A DNA stretch of 53,628 bases, the filler included, from Sluysia triapertura (lineage: Eukaryota): NCBI GenBank assembly GCA_046118255.1. It is 4 parts of 4 records of this genome, joined end to end, with 100 filler letters (N's around TTAATTAATTAA, not from the genome) between each part and the next. Parts side by side here need not be neighbours in the genome. Positions count along the whole stretch, not along the records: positions 42,409 to 53,628 come from JBJNIA010187224.1; 3 more parts are not named here. One strand, written 5' to 3'. The position numbers were made by a program, and so were the translations under genes. This document shows positions 47,218 to 53,628 of this stretch, one piece after another (within the stretch, counting starts at the first letter, position 1; every line of letters starts with the position of its first letter). The notes beneath the pieces are model-generated. The model saw only the letters and a program-made list of their open reading frames with translations. It was not told the DNA's origin and ran no database searches.

Positions 47218-49164
47218 TTTTTAATGTAAAATGAATATAATGATATTATCGATATTTATTTTGACTAAAATTTATGTATTTATTTATTTGCCTATTATTA
47301 AAATTATGGTTTTTATTAAAAATTATTATAAAATAATAAATTTAAATAATTAACACAAATTATTTGTTAAATTTAAAAATAAAAAGATAAAATTATTCGT
47401 TAAAACTAACGAATTAATCAATAAAATTATTTGTTTTAATTGTAAGAACAAATTCAAGCCAGTATTGAGTATAAAAACATAAACGTATTAAAATTTCATA
47501 CACAAATTTTTCGTTTAAAAATCTTAATAATCGAGTCAACAAAGGTATTTTGTTGGATACATTTTCACTAATTAATTAGGGAAAAAATTATTCAGTGCTA
47601 CGAGAAATTCCAGTTTATGTATTTAATTAGTTAGTTTTATTTAGTAAGGTTTTGCAATAATTTAAAATTTTGCTAATTAAAATATTACTTAAAATCAATT
47701 AGCTAAATTTTTTGGTTATCGTTTAAATTGTATAATCCAGTAATTATTTTCAAAATCATTTCACACAAATTTATTAATAAAAATAATCTTTATAAATTAT
47801 CTATATCAATTATTATTTATCTTTGCTTTATGTATTAACTGGTTTTGATTATTTATTTGGCATTATAAGAAAGATTATCATTTGGAATTCACTTTCCGTA
47901 ATTCAGAAACAGTGATATTCATATTTCCTATTTCTCAGGGAATTGTTTCAAATACGTGGAAGAAGTCTTTTTTTCCAATCCAAATTTGGAGAAATATTTC
48001 GACTTTTGTAAGAATTTTTCGTTCACAACGAAGTTTCTTGGCATTTTGATTAGAAGGAGGCGTATCAATAGATGAGATAATACTTTTAAACAATTGTGCT
48101 GGATTTTTCTTAACCTTACACTAACAGAATAAAATAAGATTCTACTGAGTTCACCAACGTACTAGGCTTACCGGTTAGGGATATTAATTGATTACCGGTT
48201 TAAATCAATTAAAACTATAAAATTTAATATGGCGGTTAAAAATTTGATGAAATTATTACAGATTATATATCAAATGATACAATTTTATACAATTTATTAA
48301 AGGTTATATTAATAGTTATTTTACGAAAATCCAATGAAAATGATTAGTATTAACTCTTTATTTTACGAATCAGAATGAAATTCTGATAAAGCTTCAATGC
48401 TCTGGAAATTTTATAATTTTGAAGCTATATTAGTTATATTAAAAGAACTCGAAATTAATTGTATATTACAAAAATTAATAAAATGTTATAGTACAAAATT
48501 CAATGGTACGATTATAATGGATATATAATTTACGTAATTAACTAGTAATTAATTAATTCAAAGGAATGTTTTAAATGGTATTTTTCGATAGAACCACGAA
48601 AAGGTTCCACATGTTATTACAAAAATGAAGTTAAGTGTAATTTACGTTTGATACTTATTAGTATCTAATCCTTACAAAATAAACTAACGTTTTACAATAA
48701 TTAAATAATCCTTTAGATGTATCTTAATCTTCGGTTGAGAGAGGAATGTAAGAATGTATCTGTGTTTTTTCGGTTACGCTTTTCTTGTTCGAGAAAATAA
48801 TTGAGACAAAACAAATTTTGTGCGTGTATTTATAAGTATTTGTTGACCTTGATAATTTAAAACAAAACAAATCTTAAAATATCTAATTTTCAAAAATTTA
48901 ATTTTTTAAAACAATATTTTTCGAAAAATTTTAAATAATATTTAATTTAATATTTAATAAATACTTAAATAAATACTTAAATTCCAAATAATCGTAAATA
49001 AATAAAACAAATATGCAGATATAATAATTGGTACGCAATTAACCAAAATCGATAAACTATTAATCAGTATAAATATAAAATACAAAATAAAATCAATGAA
49101 TTCAATGAATGTGTGTATTTACAATTGGAAGAATTAATAATTGTGGATTTTGATATCAATATAT

Positions 49165-49364
49165 ACTGTAAAACTTCTTTTATTTCTCCATCCATACTTA
49201 TGAAAAATTTTAGAGAACTGATCGGTGCTTTCGAGGCGCTAAATGTTGGAAAGGACCTGAAAGTTGGACCCAATTCTTTACCTCGGGTTCAGAATGAAGT
49301 TGTTCCTGCAGCTGTACAGAATCAAAAGAAAGAGAACAAGACATTCTCGATGAATAATAAATAA
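49165..49364 (+). repeat. Second copy of the RELxGAFxxLNVG orphan coding fragment
   Basis: Aligns to 38605-38760 with several third-position changes. Confidence 0.7.
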
Positions 49365-49666
49365 TTGATACTTGGTTTATATCTTTATTGGAGGAAAATA
49401 ACTTTTTAAAAAAACTTCTAGCGTTTCCTAGAATTTCTTCAGTAGTATAAATTGATAGCTCTTAAACGTCACATTAACTAATATTGGATAGGAATTCGAT
49501 GACCAATTGAATGTGGCTTCCAATATGCCCAAGTCTAAGAAGCATTGCTATGATTAAATAATAATAATAATATATAAATGATAATTTTCCTAATTATTGT
49601 AATTATTTAATTTAAGCTACTAATAATAGTAAGTAAATAAAATTTCAGGATGCATTATAATTTCAG

Positions 49667-49992
49667 GATGCAACATATGAATCATTATTTGAATGGGCAG
49701 ATTTAGTATTAGATGTATTTTCAATAACAAGTCGATCGAGTTATTATCGAGCTTTAGAAATAGCACAGTTATTTTTTTCTATACCAATTTCGAAACAAAG
49801 TTTTATATCCAAGCATCATATAAGCATGAGTAGCTTAACGTCTACAGATAACAATAGTAATGCTAATAATAATAATAATATTGGTGTACATTTAAATCAA
49901 AATAGTCGAAAATCGAAACATTCGATACATAAACGTCATAAATCAACTGTCTTAGTAATGGTGGGTAATAAAGCTGATTTAGCTGATCTTAG
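49667..49992 (+). CDS. Ras-like small GTPase of RERG/RASL11/RASL12 type, exon with G4 motif
   Basis: DATYESLFEWADLVLDVFSITSRSSY...STVLVMVGNKADLADL; acceptor TTTCAG|, donor AG|GTATGT. Confidence 0.85.
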
Positions 49993-50025
49993 GTATGTTA
50001 TTATTATTATTATTATTATTGTTGT

Positions 50026-50225
50026 TAGGTTGCCATCACAACCTCTAAAATCATATATTATGCTTTAAAATTATTTATAAATCTTTAAAAATGATTTTCC
50101 AAAAAAAGAAAATAAAATTTCTAGAAAATAAAATTAGCTTCTAAAAATAGAATATAAGCTTCTAGAATTATTCCTTCGATTCTTATTGGCTGATGACTCT
50201 TATATAAACTACGTTTACTGTAACC
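50026..50225 (+). repeat. Interspersed repeat family X, short copy
   Basis: Matches 22659-22700 plus 23030-23170 plus CGTTTACTGTAAC (~23749). Confidence 0.75.
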
Positions 50226-51510
50226 TTAGGTTAATAGTTAAGAAAATCACAGAATTATTATTATTGTTATTATTATTTCTCTATTTGTTTGTATGCGTCA
50301 CACAAAAATGCATACAATTCAATTTAGTGTTTTGTTTTTTAAATCAATAATTCACATTTCATTGGAGAAATCAAATATGTACGTAGTTGAGTAAGATTTT
50401 TAAAGAATTTTAGATTTAAAAAAGAGAATATTTTGTACATATTTTGACCATGAAATATGTATTGGATATATTTATGGATTATTGTGATCCGATTATATTT
50501 GAAACGAGAAAAATTAAGCGGAGATTAAATGAATATGGAAATAGTGGATATACAGTGTAGTCAATGAAAGTGTTTTCACATCCATTGTTATTGCACAAAA
50601 TAATCTTTTGCAAATCAAACGATGTTATCGCGCACCAATTGTAATAGTTGAAAATAAGTAGATTTCCGGTGAAGAAGAATCTAAAACATGAAGTGTACCA
50701 TTGTTCGAAGCTTCAACTAAACGAACTGCTTTCGAAATACTGTAAATCTATTTAAGAAATTCAGTAAATTTCTTACCTGTTATTCTTATTCTTTTTGTAT
50801 TAACGAGTTTAATTATATAATTGATAGATTTGTCTACTATTGTTTTGTGATTTTGTTTGGATCTTTGGAATTTTTGACTTTATTTCTGGTATCATTTTAA
50901 TTTAACTTTAAAAAAATGTGTAAAATAAATTTAATTTCAAGCTTCATAAGATCTAAACTCTAAATGGAAGTTGGAATAGCCTCTCACCGATTGAAATAAA
51001 TCTCCAGCAAAAATCAAGACTGAATTATAGCTTAATTGTTAACTCCTATAACGCGGACTCAAAAAAGTAATGAAGGGTTTTTGTTAAGTTTAAGATCAAA
51101 CATTAATAAAAACAATATTAAATACATTTAAGAAAAAGATTCTTTTGTGATGAAGTTTTATGTTTTAAATACTGAAAAGTAATTTCAAACTGAATCAATT
51201 TTGGAGGGAATGAAATACATTAACAATTACTTCATTACAAGATTATTATTTTTCTTATGAAAGCAGTAGGTAACATACACAAAGCATATTCAGATTCAAT
51301 AATATTCACTCCGACTTAACCTTTACAAGCACCATAACCTTGAGATATAACAACACATTAATTAAATCTTATACAACACATAAACATCACATTTAATCCT
51401 CTTATCAAATAATTTAAACTTTTTAGAAATTAATTAGAATATTATTCAATAAAAAAACTCCAAAATAAGCGAACATTCATAATTTTTAATAAAATAACTA
51501 TAAAAGATAT

Positions 51511-51735
51511 TTATTTATTGTCAATTGCTCTGATTAAATATTCGCGCATAAACCTAAAATATGAGTTACAATCTTTTCTACTGATATCCAAATTTGATTG
51601 CATTAGTTTCCATTTTAGTTGATCTTCTGTTTCATAATTTGCAGATTTTATGTTATTTTTCCATTTCGAAAATACTTCTTCAATTGGATTAAATTGTGGA
51701 TTAAATTTTATTTCATGATTATTCTTGACACACAT
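51511..51735 (-). mobile_element. IS630/Tc1 (DDE_3-type) transposase C-terminal remnant
   Basis: PQFNPIEEVFSKWKNNIK...ISRKDCNSYFRFMREYL resembles the SPxLNPIE motif region. Confidence 0.75.
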
Positions 51736-51765
51736 ATATCAGATGCAAGATGTGATTTATATATA

Positions 51766-52210
51766 CAGTGGTGACCAAATTATTAGACTAAAATAGGGAA
51801 AAATATATTTTCTACCCTGGTCTGGAAATTTTGTAAACATGAATCCCATAGAAAATCTACTCATAAACCAACCATCAAGACGGAACTTATTGAAACTCTG
51901 ATAAAAGTATGGCATCACGATGACGAGATCAAAGACTTGTGACCCAAGCTCATCCGTGGCATGCCTTTAAGGATCAGGAAATTATTGGATAACAAAGTAC
52001 TGATACAACAATTTGTACATATTTGATTTGTAGTAAATTGTGTTATCATTCTACATGAATAAAATTTCTGTACATTTTGGATCTCAATATTTTTATCTAT
52101 TATTTTACTTTCACCAAAATTTTTCCAACATTTTACATTTTCCGTATCATTGAAAATTGTTAAATTTTATCACAAAAATGGTCTTTGGTCTAATAATTTG
52201 GTCATCACTG
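51766..52210 (+). mobile_element. Internally deleted Tc1 element, same family as 21192-21668
   Basis: TA|CAGTGGTGACCAAATTATTAGACTAAA ... TTTGGTCTAATAATTTGGTCATCACTG|TA; PWSGNFVNMNPIENL and LIETLIKVWH...GMPLRIRKLLDNK remnants. Confidence 0.92.
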
Positions 52211-52568
52211 TATATGCATTATACGTAATGATTATCGTATTTGATAAATTATTTTCCTCCAGATTAATAATAAAATTAGACAAAAAAGATTTATACTCTT
52301 ATAATTTCTAGTCTGATTTCATTTGCTCTTCTTATAATAAGCATAATTTTTGGTTATTGATTGTTTTAATGCAATGTTTAAATTATATTTCTGTCCCATC
52401 AGACTTATTATTTCATTCACCATCTGTTCCGTCAATATAACGCTTTTTAGAAGCAGAAAATTTAAAATAAAAATAGAAAAACTACTATTGGTCAATTATT
52501 TCGTATTTAACCAATCCAATTTTAAGATGATAATTATCATTATAATATTAATAATTATTATTATTTAG

Positions 52569-52977
52569 ATTAGTTCAATATAACGAAGCTTTGGAAGCTG
52601 CTGCATCTTTTAAAGTTTCTTATCTCGAAACTAATGTTGTCGATTATGAAACCATAGAAACGATGTTTCTTGAAGCAATACGACTTTTAATTTCTTCCAA
52701 TACTTATTCATCTTCCAATTTTTCAATTTTATCGAATCATAATCCTGAAACTTCATCTTCAACGACCAATCATCATAATACAGCCTTACATCCATCTTCA
52801 GAATCATCATCATCGCCATCTTCTTCTCCTGGTATACAATCAGCAGCGTTGAAGAAAAACAATTCAAATGTTAGTAATATCGATTTAAAAAACAATATTA
52901 CTAATCTATCAGCAAAGAAAAATCCTGCTATTTTCAGTAGATTATTTAGCAAAAAACAAAGTGACTTAAAAAAATAA
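52569..52977 (+). CDS. Ras-like small GTPase, last exon
   Basis: RLVQYNEALEAAASFKVSYLETNVVDYETIETMFLEAIRLL, Ser-rich tail, basic end AKKNPAIFSRLFSKKQSDLKK*; phase 2 joins to 49992. Confidence 0.85.
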
Positions 52978-53460
52978 ATTCACATTTTTTTTGGATTTAT
53001 TTAGCTATTTTTATTTATTTATTTATTTTTCATATATTCATTTACAAAGTTTTATTAGTTTTACTTACTTATTATTTAAAGTAGTTTAAATTTTTTAGAA
53101 TAGATTATTTTAATATCTGTTTTTAATTTTTTTTTGATAAACAAATTGATTATAAAGATTATTATTTCGAAAAACAGTATGATGATTATTAACGACATAA
53201 ACATAACTTTTTACTTAAAAACTTTAATAAAAGTTTCACTTGATTTAATGTATTATGGTTAAAATATATATTACAATTCGGAATTAACAATCTAAAAATA
53301 AACATTTTTATTCGATTTTTGTTTCATGTGTGTCATATTTGTTGGAATTTCTTCTATAGTATGAAAACATTGTTACAGAATGTTTAATAAATTATAATGA
53401 TTTCGTCTGTCATCTAAAAAGTACCCATTTTAGGGCTTATTCAAGCTAATGCAAAATTTA

Positions 53461-53628
53461 CTATATATATATATGAATGTGTGTCAGTCTGTCTGTCTGT
53501 ACTCGATAGATTCAAAAACCGTACATCCAATCGCCGTGAAATTTTGGGAAATTATTAGGTACATCCCCGGGAAGGTTTTTGACTATTTTAAATCAGAATT
53601 TGGGTTCTAGGTGCAACCATGGTAACTA
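53461..53628 (+). mobile_element. Non-autonomous Helitron-like repeat, 5' part truncated by the window end
   Basis: Aligns to 46870-47035. Confidence 0.8.

Noticed and set aside
47870-48122. Minus-strand exon-like stretch CKVKKNPAQLFKSIISS...
   Set aside because: Single short fragment with no head, homologue or motif; cannot be supported.
51199-51420. Purine tract GGAGGGAA followed by TG and a G-poor tract, as PPT plus LTR start
   Set aside because: No second LTR, no pol remnant and no match to the TGTGGTG termini.
1-53628. CRISPR arrays, rRNA, tRNA or prokaryotic operons
   Set aside because: None seen; the sequence is intron-containing eukaryotic DNA with no regularly spaced repeat-spacer array.

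Overview
Very AT-rich animal genomic DNA with spliceosomal GT-AG introns (many only 40-60 nt), (AAT)n/(GTA)n microsatellites and four assembly gaps, three carrying an artificial TTAATTAATTAA linker. A planarian/flatworm-like source is plausible but cannot be proven from the sequence. Host genes: three internal exons of methylmalonate-semialdehyde dehydrogenase (ALDH6A1, minus), a spliced plus-strand gene with an EF-hand-like motif (18.3-26.4 kb), two unassigned exons (40.1-41.6 kb) and the last two exons of a RERG/RASL11/RASL12-like small GTPase (49.7-53.0 kb). Introns and spacers hold decayed ordinary TEs (hAT, piggyBac-like and pogo-like MITEs, Tc1, mariner, Helitron, CR1/L2 LINE). The most striking signal is a dispersed family of roughly ten 1-3.4 kb cassettes. 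Many begin TGT(G/T)GTG(G) and have a G-poor leader. One subfamily has paired CTGTCA-N5-TGACAG palindromes 50-52 bp apart plus an inverted double CCAAT box. They carry orphan genes, mostly ending in a short terminal intron. Four cargo genes encode a C-x9-C-x6-C-x3-H zinc finger and a fifth a related CCCH motif. Several cassettes are arranged as convergent pairs. No transposase, integrase or RT belonging to this family is visible in the window. All coordinates and alignments were made by eye.
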